This document shows, in pieces, positions 37,223-47,949 of a DNA stretch of 64,000 nucleotides. The stretch's first letter is position 1. Every line of letters starts with the position of its first letter. The notes beneath the pieces were generated by a model. That model searched no databases. It had not been told where the DNA came from and saw only the letters and a program-made list of their open reading frames with translations. Origin of the DNA: Octopus sinensis (taxonomy: Eukaryota). The DNA lies in NCBI RefSeq assembly GCF_006345805.1, contig NC_043005.1:31310001-31374000 (forward strand), read 5' to 3'. Position numbers and translations under genes: made by a program.

Positions 37223-37713
37223 GAAATTCCTTGGTTGGATTTGGAAACACTGAAAATAAGAACATACCCTTTCGAAGATCTGCTCGTAACTAACAGTGCC
37301 AACAAATTCAAATAAGCAAGCGAAGAATCTCTGTTCTCCCCTTTCCACCAGCGTGGGTTAAAATCATCAAACACTATGCTTATTTCGGTAAAATCCGAAG
37401 CATTAATCAGAGGGAGATTAATTATAATTTCAACAATTGAGGGCAAAATTAATTAATTATTAATCAATTTCACCAAGTGTTCAGTATGCAAAGGGACCAT
37501 TCAAGGCGAATTCAAATTATTACATTATATAAAAGGGCTTAGTAAAATAAATTACTTTGCCGCATACTGAACTCATTAGAATAGCAGCTAAAAAACTTTT
37601 TTAAAGCTATTTCTAATACTTAAAGAAAATCTCTCTCATATATAGTGTTTGCTTAATTCAACTCACAAAAGTTTGAGGGTAAGGACATCGAAAAATCAAA
37701 TGCTAAGGTTATT

Positions 37714-37765
37714 TGAGAACGTACGTTTCAAGATTAGTCAAAACAACACTTCTATCATCAGCTCA
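37714..37765 (-). ncRNA. Type I hammerhead ribozyme, array unit 3
   Basis: Identical motif to 36625-36676. Confidence 0.72.
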
Positions 37766-38253
37766 GAAATTCCTTGGTTTGGATTGGAAACACTGAAAAT
37801 AAGAACATACCCTTTCGAAGATCTGCTCGTAACTAACAGTGCCAACAAATTCAAATAAGCAAGCGAAGAATCTCTGTTCTCCCCTTTCCACCAGCGTGGG
37901 TTAAAATCATCAAACACTATGCTTATTTCGGTAAAATCCGAAGCATTAATCAGAGGGAGATTAATTATAATTTCAACAATTGAGGGCAAAATTAATTAAT
38001 TATTAATCAATTTCACCAAGTGTTCAGTATGCAAAGGGACCATTCAAGGCGAATTCAAATTATTACATTATATAAAAGGGCTTAGTAAAATAAATTACTT
38101 TGCCGCATACTGAACTCATTAGAAATAGCAGCTAAAAAACTTTTTTAAAGCTATTTAATACTTAAAGAAAATCTCTCTCATATATAGTGTTTGCTTAATT
38201 CAACTCACAAATTTTGGGGGTAGGACATCGAAAAATCAAATGCTAAGGTTATT

Positions 38254-38305
38254 TGAGAACGTACGTTTCAAGATTAGTCAAAACAACACTTCTATCATCA
38301 GCTCA
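38254..38305 (-). ncRNA. Type I hammerhead ribozyme, array unit 4
   Basis: Identical motif to 36625-36676. Confidence 0.72.
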
Positions 38306-38614
38306 GAAATTCCTGGTTTGGATTTGAAACACTGAAAATAAGAACATACCCTTTCGAAGATCTGCTCGTAACTAACAGTGCCAACAAATTCAAATAAGCA
38401 AGCGAAGAATCTCTGTTCTCCCCTTTCCAAATGCTTCGGATTTTACCGAAATAGCATAGTGTTTGATGATTTTAACCCACGCTGGTGGAAAGGGGAGAAC
38501 AGAGATTCTTCGCTTGCTTATTTGAATTTGTTGGCACTGTTAGTTACGAGCAGATCTTCGAAGGGTATGTTCTTATTTTCAGTGTTTCCAAATCCAAACC
38601 AAGGAAGGAATTTC

Positions 38615-38666
38615 TGAGCTGATGATAGAAGTGTTGTTTTGACTAATCTTGAAACGTACGTTCTCA
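38615..38666 (+). ncRNA. Type I hammerhead ribozyme in the inverted copy
   Basis: tgagCTGATGAtagaagtgttgttttgactaatcttGAAACgtacGTTctca read directly on the plus strand. Confidence 0.72.
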
Positions 38667-38864
38667 AATAACCTTAGCATTTAATTTTTCGATGTCCTTA
38701 CCCCCAAACTTTTGTGAGTTGAATTAAGCAAACACTATATATGAGAGAGATTTTCTTTAAGCATATATAAATATATGTATATAAATATTTACATATATAC
38801 ATACACATATATACATACATACACACACATATATACATACATACACACACACAGACACACACAG

Positions 38865-38913
<49 letters not shown>

Positions 38914-39319
38914 CACACGTATGTGTATATGCACACACACATACATAATATACATGCATACACATAAATATATAGACATATCTTCACATCAAGATAAATA
39001 TATACATCATAACGTATATACACAAACAATTAAAAATAAAGACTGGTGTATATAATATTAAAATGTTAAAATAAAGAAATTGTACATTAATTTGATATAA
39101 CATAATTAAATGCGTGAGTAAACAATAAAAATAAATAAACTTCGGCGAAGCTTAAGCTTAAATTTGTATAACAGTCGAAGGCTTTCTTAAAAGTGAAATC
39201 GAAATATGCACTAGCATTGTAATGCTAAATAACTATAACGTGTAAAGTTAACTTCAAATGCGACAGTCAAAATTTTCCGAAAGTCAAAACATTTTACCCA
39301 TACGGTATTTTATCGGTTA

Positions 39320-39620
39320 ACATTTTAAACTGCGTGGCGTGCCTGCAGGAATTTAAGAGCTCGCATCTCTGGTTCAAAGCATGTTTATCCTGGAACAAAA
39401 TGAAGAACTTTTCTGAGAGGCAAAGATTGCATTTCATAGGTCTTTTATACGCTTCATATCTGTATGATGATGCCTTTTCTAGAATTTCCCAGGTTACATT
39501 GAAAGGACGGGTTATTCTCTTTCAATTCCCAGACATGCTTTGCAAGACTACTTGCTGTCCTATTCTCGGAGTATCGGAAATAATTTCAGTGGGAATAGAA
39601 TCGAATCTTGAATGAATTTT
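39320..39620 (-). mobile_element. Penelope-like GIY-YIG C-terminal remnant
   Basis: FRYSENRTASSLAKHVWELKENN...TWEILEKASSY...CNLCLSEKFFIL...LNQRCELLNSCRH. Confidence 0.85.
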
Positions 39621-40141
39621 CCGAAGCCCCTGTGTATGTTTTATATTTTTGAAAGCCATCTACTTGCACTTTGGCTCTATAAACTATTCCTTATTCATTT
39701 ACCTTTCAACGGACAGCAAGTTATATATTTGAAGTTGGAATTCCTCATTTTAGCTTCGACACTGTAGTTGTTTGTAATAATTTTCGTGTTATGCTGGTTA
39801 ATAAAAGAGATTTTGCAACAAGAATAGCTAACCTTCAGTGTTCTCCTATTAAATATTCTATAGAACTTATGGCTAGATTGAAAATGTTTAGAAACTAATT
39901 AATATTTTACAGCTAATTATTTACCGTAGGTATTCTGGCCTTTCCTTCCTATTTTTGATTTATGGTTTTCTTCGATTTTTATAATAATATGATTTTAAAC
40001 CGCAGTTTGTTATTGGATGCAACCGGTTATTGAAAAGACCGTTAGTTGAGAGGGCCACTGAAACAAAACCATTTTCAAATGTGTATCTATCAAACTTATT
40101 GTATATTTTTCATATTACCTTATTTTTGTTCCAGTGTAAAC

Positions 40142-40187
40142 AAAACTGTCTGACGAACGGGAACGTGAAATTCCGAGTAACAGTTTT
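40142..40187 (+). ncRNA. Minimal type I hammerhead ribozyme
   Basis: aaaactgt-CTGACGA-acg(ggaa)cgt-GAAA-tt(ccg)a-GTA-acagtttt. Perfect 8-bp stem I, 3-bp stem II with a GNRA loop, weak stem III. Confidence 0.65.
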
Positions 40188-40379
40188 TGTAATATTTTTG
40201 CTGCTTTTTACTAAAGTATATATATATGGACATGCTAAATCATCTGCCAGAAACGGTAAATAGACATACAATTTTTTACTTAATTTGATATTGTCAACCT
40301 ATACACCAAAATTTTCCTTAACTTTGGAATAACTACAATCCAATACTGGTTAGACACTCATCAATCTGAGCTTCCAACA

Positions 40380-41830
40380 CGCATAGAAAAAGAATTTATC
40401 ATTGATGGGCTCAGGTTCATACCTGAAAATAACGTTTTTTACCTTCAACCGTTCGGATTACGCTAAGCATCAGGAACTTGATGGGTACAAAAGCAGCCCC
40501 CACATACGCCTATTTAGTCATGGGATTTCCCGAACAAAAAAATCTGCAACCAATGTTTTTCTAATATTCAGTGATACGTTCCATACACAACTCAGAAACA
40601 AGTGGAAAAGATACCTGGATGATTGCTTCATCTTATGGCAGGAAAACATTACAAGCTAACTGAATTTAAAAACATGTTAAACAACCTTACCAATAGCATC
40701 CAGTTCACAATGGAGTCTAACCCCAAAGAACTCGCCTATCCTAATCACAAACCAAGATGGGAAAACAGAAACGGACATATTCTACAAGCCCACTGACTTC
40801 AGGCAGTACCTTCTTTTTACACCATGTCACCCAAAACACACCAAACTCAACATTCCCTTCAACGTAGCAAAACTAATTTGTACCATAGTATCAGAATCAT
40901 CTAAACGTGATCAAAGACTAGAGGAAATGAAGGACACACTTATCTAAAGAGCCATCCCTCCTGACTAGTTACCAACAAAATAAACAAGGCGAAATAAATG
41001 GATATCAATGAACTAAGGAAAACAAAAATCAAAAGAAGAAATGTCTTACCATTCTTGTCAAACTTAAATCCCAGAAACACTGAAACATTTGATCACATCC
41101 ACAAAAAATTCCCTATCTTATTTGCAGATGAAAAAGTGAGAAACATCTTCGAAAACAAGAAAATCTTTAAAAGCAAAAGGCAGCCCAAAACACTAAAGCT
41201 CATTCTCAAAAAGGGGCAAAAGGGCACAAAGAAACTCCCAACCCAACTGTCACAAAATGCGGAAGAACAAAGGTGAGCTGGTAGAAACGTTATCACGCCG
41301 GGCAAAATGTTTAGCGGTATTTCGTCTGTCTTTATTTTCTGAGTTCAAATTCCGCCGAGGTCGACTTTGCCTTTCATCCTTTCGAGGTTAATAAATTAAA
41401 TATCAGTTGCGTACTGGGGTTGATCTAATCGACTGGCCCTCTCTCCCAAAATTTCGGGCCTAGTAGAAAATAATAAACTGCGGCACTTGTTGTTACCTAA
41501 TTGAGGGACCAGAATTTAAATTTAAAGACGGCTAAACTTTCAAAGTTAAATAAAATTTCATCTGCAACACGGAAAACCTGATCTACGTAATCACATGCAA
41601 TGGTTGTAAACATAGTTACATAGGTCAGACGGGTGGATCGTTACGCAACAAAATGATGACCCATCGCCAACACATCCGAGACAAAAACACGAGGAAAATT
41701 CCTGTAAGCAGTCACATTGTAACCTGTGCAGGAATGGACTTACCCAATTTCAAAATTGTTCTGCTCTACAAGTGTTCAGATTCTTTCAATCAACAACAAA
41801 GACACAACCACTACTAACCAAGAAATAAGA
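40380..41830 (+). mobile_element. Degraded Penelope-like element (RT C-half plus GIY-YIG) with SINE insertion
   Basis: GTKAAPTY, WKRYLDDCFILW, SIQFTME, TDIFYKPTDFRQYL...CHPKHTKLNIPF, NLIYVITCNGCKHSYIGQTG...HRQHI. Family 1 SINE at 41272-41470. Confidence 0.88.
41272..41470 (+). mobile_element. SINE family 1
   Basis: Same head and central domain as 10763-10982; different 3' end. Confidence 0.85.
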
Positions 41831-41914
41831 ACGGGCACTTAAAAACAATTTTATACATATTATCGTTTTGAAAAATACTTCAGTTCAATTCTTTGATCTT
41901 TTTTCCAATATATA

Positions 41915-42620
41915 CATATGCCCCCCCCCAAACACACCACACAGACATACACACACGCACAAAAAGAAAATATAGCAAAGAAACAGACACAAAACATACA
42001 CAAATGCACACACATATACACACACGTGCACACATACACACAAAAGAAAACATCGTAAAAAATATTCACACACACCTCACAAACACATACGCATTTACAC
42101 TCAGACACACACGTAAGCACACAAAAGAAAACATCACAAAAACCACACACAAACAGACACACACAAAAGAAACATGAAAAAAAGACACACACATACAAAC
42201 ATCCCCCCTCTGGGCACACATACACATACAAAAAAACACATGTCTGTACACACACGCTCACACACACACACAAAACAAAACATCACAAAAAGAACACACG
42301 CACAAACACTTACACACACGCAAAAGAAAAACATCACAAAAACATGCACACACACATACACACACACAAACATGCACACAAAAGAAAGCATCGCGAAAAC
42401 ACACACACATACACACGGTTGGTGAGATGCAAATGAAAACATCATACATACACATACACACAGGTGGAAACACAAGAGAAAATATCAAACCCCAAAGAAA
42501 ATCCTAATTCTTTCTCCAATAAGACATTCATCACAACATACACACCCATCAACACACAGCTAGTTACATTCCAAACATACTGAAAGGGCATTCAATATAA
42601 TACACACACACACACACATA
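41915..42620. repeat. Degenerate AC-rich minisatellite
   Basis: Recurrent acacacaaaagaaaacatcacaaaaa motif interleaved with (CA)n. Confidence 0.8.
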
Positions 42621-43528
42621 TACACAGGTGGACATAAAACCCATTCAATAAATGCTTTTAAGCCCCTCCTTTGGCAGGAACCCACAGAGATCTTTTAAAT
42701 AGACGAGACCTCCTTCTCTTTTTCTCTATAATACCTGGAACTCTATTATACCAGACTATATTCAAAGAAGACTTCAACGAAAAAGAACTCCAGATATGTT
42801 TTTGACCCAAGAGAGAAGATAAACTGTTTTCACTTCAAATTTTTATAAATTTTTACTAATATTTGATAAGATAGGATTCATCAGCGAAACCAGTAATGTT
42901 CTATATTTTCTTTATATAATTTAAAAATTATCTTATCAAATTCTTTCTAAATCGAAATTTCTTAGATTTACTTCTGTGCCATTTCCATCTCCCATCTTTT
43001 ATATGTAAACGTTTGATTTATATAGATCTCTAATCTTTTTCACACACACACACACGCGTACACACACATATTCTACAATGGGTTTAAAATAACAAAAAAT
43101 AATTTCAGACTTTAACATTTTTTTTTAATATTGTTGTATTTCAGTATGGCCATTTTTTGCTTTTTTGCCAAATAAACCTACGCACTATATATTCGTTCTT
43201 CACTCGTTTATTACTGTTCTTATTTCAACTCATGTCCATTGTCTGGAAATCTTTCATCACACATCTGTAACCTCTTCAGTGACACTTTCCGTGTGTGCTA
43301 CTGCAGAGTAATGTGTCTCAGGGGGCGGCAACAACTTGGTCTCTGCTCTACTTTTTAAAATTAGATTTCTAAACTTGAATAGCTGGTCCATTGTTATTTC
43401 AAGTTCTATAACGTTGCTGCTCACCGCGGCTAAAAAAACTCTGTTTCTCCTTGGTATCCTTCTGGTTCACATTTGTATTTCCTTTTCCCATCTCGGGAAA
43501 GTCATTTTTTGAAGAAAGGTCGAATACC

Positions 43529-43761
43529 TATTTCTTTACTATCCACAAGGAGCTAAACACATAGGGGACAAACAAGGACAGACAAATGGATTGAGTCGAT
43601 TACATCGATCCAAGGGCATAACTGGTACATATTTAATCGACCCCGAAAGGATGAAAGGCAAAGTCGACCTCGGCGGAATTTGAACTCAGAACGTAGCCGC
43701 AGACGAAATACCGTAAAGCATTTCACCCGGCGTACTAACGTTTCTGCCAGCTCGCCGCCTT
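43529..43761 (-). mobile_element. Full-length SINE family 1 with 16-bp TSD
   Basis: Flanked by agaaaggtcgaatacc at 43513-43528 and 43762-43777; head ggcggcgagctggcagaaacg. Confidence 0.93.
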
Positions 43762-44068
43762 AGAAAGGTCGAATACCACATCAAAACTTGTCACGAATGA
43801 GAAGAAAAATTTTCATAAAAAATAACCCGTAAAGGGTAAAAAATAAACAGTTCACAAAAATATTTTTAATAAAAATTAACAGAAATTTTCTACCCCGTAG
43901 TGCGCAAATTACTGTTTGCCAAAAGACAACAGTTCAAATTCATGTAAGGTATTTCACAGATGTTACAAATGTACAAGAAACAGACAGAAACGAACTCACA
44001 TAACGCAGGGTAGCAAAATGAAGATAACGACGTGTCACAGAAGAAAAAAGGCGTGGCCTTGGTAGCTT

Positions 44069-46061
44069 AATTCTTTATTACAGACACAAGGGCTAAATAA
44101 ATACGGGACATACACAGACATACCGGAATAAAAAAACACATGGAATAATGAATGTAAAATGAATTAAATTACTATGAAAATGAGACAGTAATCTCGGTCT
44201 TGCTCCGAGATGAAACTGTGAACTTTTTTTTTCCATTTTAAACTATCATTTTAACTAAGAATTTCCAACCCCGCTTGGAGGCGAAACTGTGACTTCCCTT
44301 TTCCTTTCCACCTTACATTAAAAAAAAAAAATTAAACACTTGTTCATTCATCAGTTGCAAAATTTATTTGTCAGGAGTTTCGCTGAACATACAGACTCGC
44401 AATAGCACAAACAGACAGATTCACAGATGCATCAACTCACAGACATACATACACACGGAAACGTAAAAGATAGCACAGAGTTGCAGAAACCAAATAATAC
44501 AAAACCTGAAAGCACAGAAATAAATAATTCATTTGCAAAATTCACCTGCCTTTCCCTTTTTTTTCCATAAAAGTTCAAACAAATACTTCTCACAGTCACA
44601 GTCGCCACAACATTACAACGACCCACCACCTCCGTCTCTCACAATGTCCCTCAACCCCGCAATCTTCCAATAATCCCTCCTTTCGCTTGTGTTCTTCCTG
44701 TTGTCTCTTTTTGTTTCTATATTTCTGCTGTGTTATGATTTCTTGTAAATACGTCTGTCAATACTTCTTTGTGCCTGTATGTCTGTGTGTTTGTGCGTTT
44801 GTGGGACTATGTACGTGTGACTGTAAATCTGTGTTTCGTCTGTGTGTCGGTGTTTTGTGTATCTGTACTTCTGGGTTATCTTGTGTCTGTTTGCATTTCT
44901 GTTTTTCTGTATGTCTTCGTGCTTCTGCGTCTGTGAGTCTGACTGTTTGTGTAGTTGAACAGCATTGTGTTTCCTTGGAGATGTTGATTTTTCTGTAACA
45001 CTCTTCTTAGGCATTCCCACTGGTAAACTGTTTCTACTTGTCTTTCTTGGTTGGTTTCATTCTTCCTTTGCTTTATAATTCTTAGGTTCCATTGTCGGCA
45101 GAGACATTCTCCTTTCTCTTTTCTTCGCCTTAACCTCCACAAATTCAATCTCCTGAGCCATTTTCTCCTCCTCTATTGTGTCTACAACTTCAATTAATAT
45201 AGGGCACTTTCTTATTAAGTGCCCCCTCTCGCCGCATCCGTAACGCTTTGGAGACCATCCAGTCATTATTATCTCCAATTTGTCTAGTTTGCAAGCTCTA
45301 ATGTCTCTGGTATTTTCTCATAAACATTCTGATTCATTATCCTGTTCACTTCTACCCCGTAGCTCCACCAATTCACACAATGGGTCCGGTTAAGCCTAAT
45401 TCTCTCCATATCTCAGTAGCCTCCTCTCTCACTTCCTGTAAAGATTGCTGCTACTATCCATTCTGGTTCAGACCCCAGTGGGATTCTACCCACTGTAATT
45501 CTGACAACACGTACTTCCTTACAACTGAGTATAAGTGTCCATTTCTCATCTTCTAAACTCTCTATCGGTGTATTTTCTTGCATGTATTTCCGACGAAAAT
45601 ATTACCACCACAGTCGCAAAATTATTTTCTTTCTTGTAAAACATCACTTCGTCTTAAGCAAATTTCTCCACAATTTCTTCCACTTCCTCCCGTGGAGCAT
45701 TTTTGAGTGTACAATTTTCATTCATCAAAGTTCTGAATGTCAACGTCCTATTTCTCTTTACAGCATTCTCCCACTCTGGAAGGAGCACCTTTACATTCGA
45801 CCCGTCCCTCTTAATCAAACTTCCACATTTCTGCATCAGCTCCGAGTCGGGAATAAATACATTCTGCTTCTGCATACTCTGGCCGACAGAAGTTCGACCC
45901 TCTGCTGCTTCAGCATAACTCTTCATTTTCTCAACGACTCACAACCACCAAACGAATGGTGGCCTTTCACCAAAAAGAACAGCAGCACACAAAAACATAA
46001 CCGTTCACACCAAAACTTTCGGCTGAAATGAAACACGTACCGGAAAAGGAGAAATTTCGAA
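44069..46061 (-). mobile_element. ORF1-only Tx1-like unit E (degraded)
   Basis: ATG at 45926 MKSYAEAA...LIKRDGSNVKVLLPE; KRYGCGERGHLIRKCP (knuckle); low-complexity tail; 3' UTR ending tttagcccttgtgtctgtaataaagaa at ~44069. Confidence 0.8.
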
Positions 46062-47949
46062 TTAATTTTAATCAAGCCATAAGGGCCAAGTACAGAGGGG
46101 ACATACACATATGCAGGGACAAGCAACACATGAAAAATGAATGAAAATGAAACGGCCATCTCGGCCCCGCTCCAAGATGAAACCGTGATTTCCTTTTTTA
46201 AAACTTGCAATATAACGAAAAAAAAAAGCAAAATTTTTAACCAAAAGGTTTTTACAAGTCTTTTCACAGTCTTTAAAACAAATCATAACTTACCCCTTTA
46301 TCTTATCTTTTATGTCAACATAGTCCACCACCGAGGCGCGAGGTTCAATTTCCATCACTGGCCCCAGTAGATTCACATCCGAAAGAAAAGCCTCCTTCAA
46401 TGCGCTGTACTTTACATCATCCATTATGATACACGTCGTGCTCTTGTAACCTTTTTCTAAGCTCACTTTTATTATGCCTTTCAGTTTTGAAATTCTTCTC
46501 TCTAACTTTTGGGTTGTCCTATATGTCACAAGAAAGACCTTACTTCTGTGTATGTCTTGTATGTCTGTGCTTTACGACTGTGATTGTGTTTTTCTGTTTC
46601 TGTAATTCTTCGTTATCCTGTGACTGTCTGTCTATGCTTCTCTGTGACTGTATGTGTGTGTGTTGTGTGTTTGCGAGTCTGTGTGTTTGTGTGACTGTAA
46701 ATCTGCATGTTTCGTCTGTGTCTGTGTTTTTAGGTTCCTGTGATTCTGAGTTATCTTGTGTTTGTTTGCCTGTATTTCTGTGTGTTTATGTGTCTGTGGT
46801 TCTGAGTGTTTATGTGCTTGCAAGTCTTTGCTTTTGCTCGGTAATAAATTCTTATTTGTAGCATTTTCCACAGGTAATCCTATTGGCGAACTTTTCCTGC
46901 TTTTCGTTGTAGGTTGGTTTACTTCTTCCTTGGCTTTGTATTTTTTCTGTTCCATTATCGTTGGTGACCTCCTCCTTTCTCTTTTTCTTGATTTCACCTC
47001 CACAAAATCATCGTGTTCTGTTATCTGATTCTGCTGTTTCACTACCATTATATTGTCCTGAATACTCTCCTCTACGACTTCCACTGCTGCTCTAGGGCTT
47101 CTCTTTCTTAAGTTCCCCTTTCACCACAGCCGTGACACTTTGAGGGCCTCACTTCAAACATTATCTCCAGCTTTTCTTCATATGGTAGCTCTAAAGTTTC
47201 AAGCATTCTGTCATATCACTTCTGGTTCATTGCACAAATTATCTCTATTCCGTAGCCCCACTTCTCTTGTTGGGTCCGGTTTATCATGCCCATGCTCCAC
47301 TCTTCGCCATTTCCCTCCCGATCTCCTAAAAAATCGCTGCTATTATCCACCCTGGATCTATCCACGGTGGGATTCTTCCCACTCTAATTCTGACAATTCG
47401 TTTGTCCAAACAGTTTGGCAGCAATGTCCATTTCTCTCCCTGTATCATCATCGTGGAGGATTTTTCCGCCTCCTCTGATACAAAGGTTACCACTATAGAC
47501 GCATATCCCTTTCCTCTCATAAGGAACGCTATACTGTCTCCTATGAGTCTTTCCAAAATTTCTTCTATTTCTTCCTGCAGCGCGTCGTCAATTCTATTTT
47601 TATTTGAAAATGTTCTGAATATTACTGTATTCTTTTCCATTTTCTCCTTTTCCACCTCTGGCGGGGTCAGTTTTATATTTGACCTCACCTTTTTTACCAT
47701 TTTACAATATTTCATTATCAGCTCTCTATTGCACTGAAGCAATTCCGGTTTCAGCACACCCGAGCCAACGGAAACTCAATCATCCGTAGCTTCGGCATAA
47801 CTTCTCATTTCTCACAATTATTCACTTCCACCAAAACAATGGTGGTATCTCACAAAAATTGCTGCAAAGCAGCACCAAAAACAGCAGAACCGTTCACACC
47901 AAAACTTCCAGCAGAAATGAAACACTACAAAAAAAGGAGAAATTTCGAA
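46062..47949 (-). mobile_element. ORF1-only Tx1-like unit D (degraded)
   Basis: ATG at 47808 MRSYAEAT; IKLTPPEVE, RGKGYASIVVTF, RIRVGRIPPWI, KCHGCGERG. Its 5' region is similar to that of unit E, and its 3' UTR (46200-46062) runs directly into unit E. Confidence 0.8.

Larger units (their letters stand above)
36441..38761. repeat. Tandem array of ~545 bp units (3 complete plus 1 partial) ending in an inverted partial copy
   Basis: Units start at 36441, 36986, 37531 and 38074 (aaaagggcttagtaaaat). The fourth breaks at 38429, and 38430-38761 is the reverse complement of part of the unit. Copies differ mainly by 1-nt indels. Confidence 0.95.

Noticed and set aside
36441-38761. CRISPR array or repeated protein-coding gene (MLNSTHKS..., MPSIVEII...)
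   Set aside because: Units are ~545 bp and near-identical with no unique spacers. The small ORFs shift frame between copies and resemble no protein I recognise.
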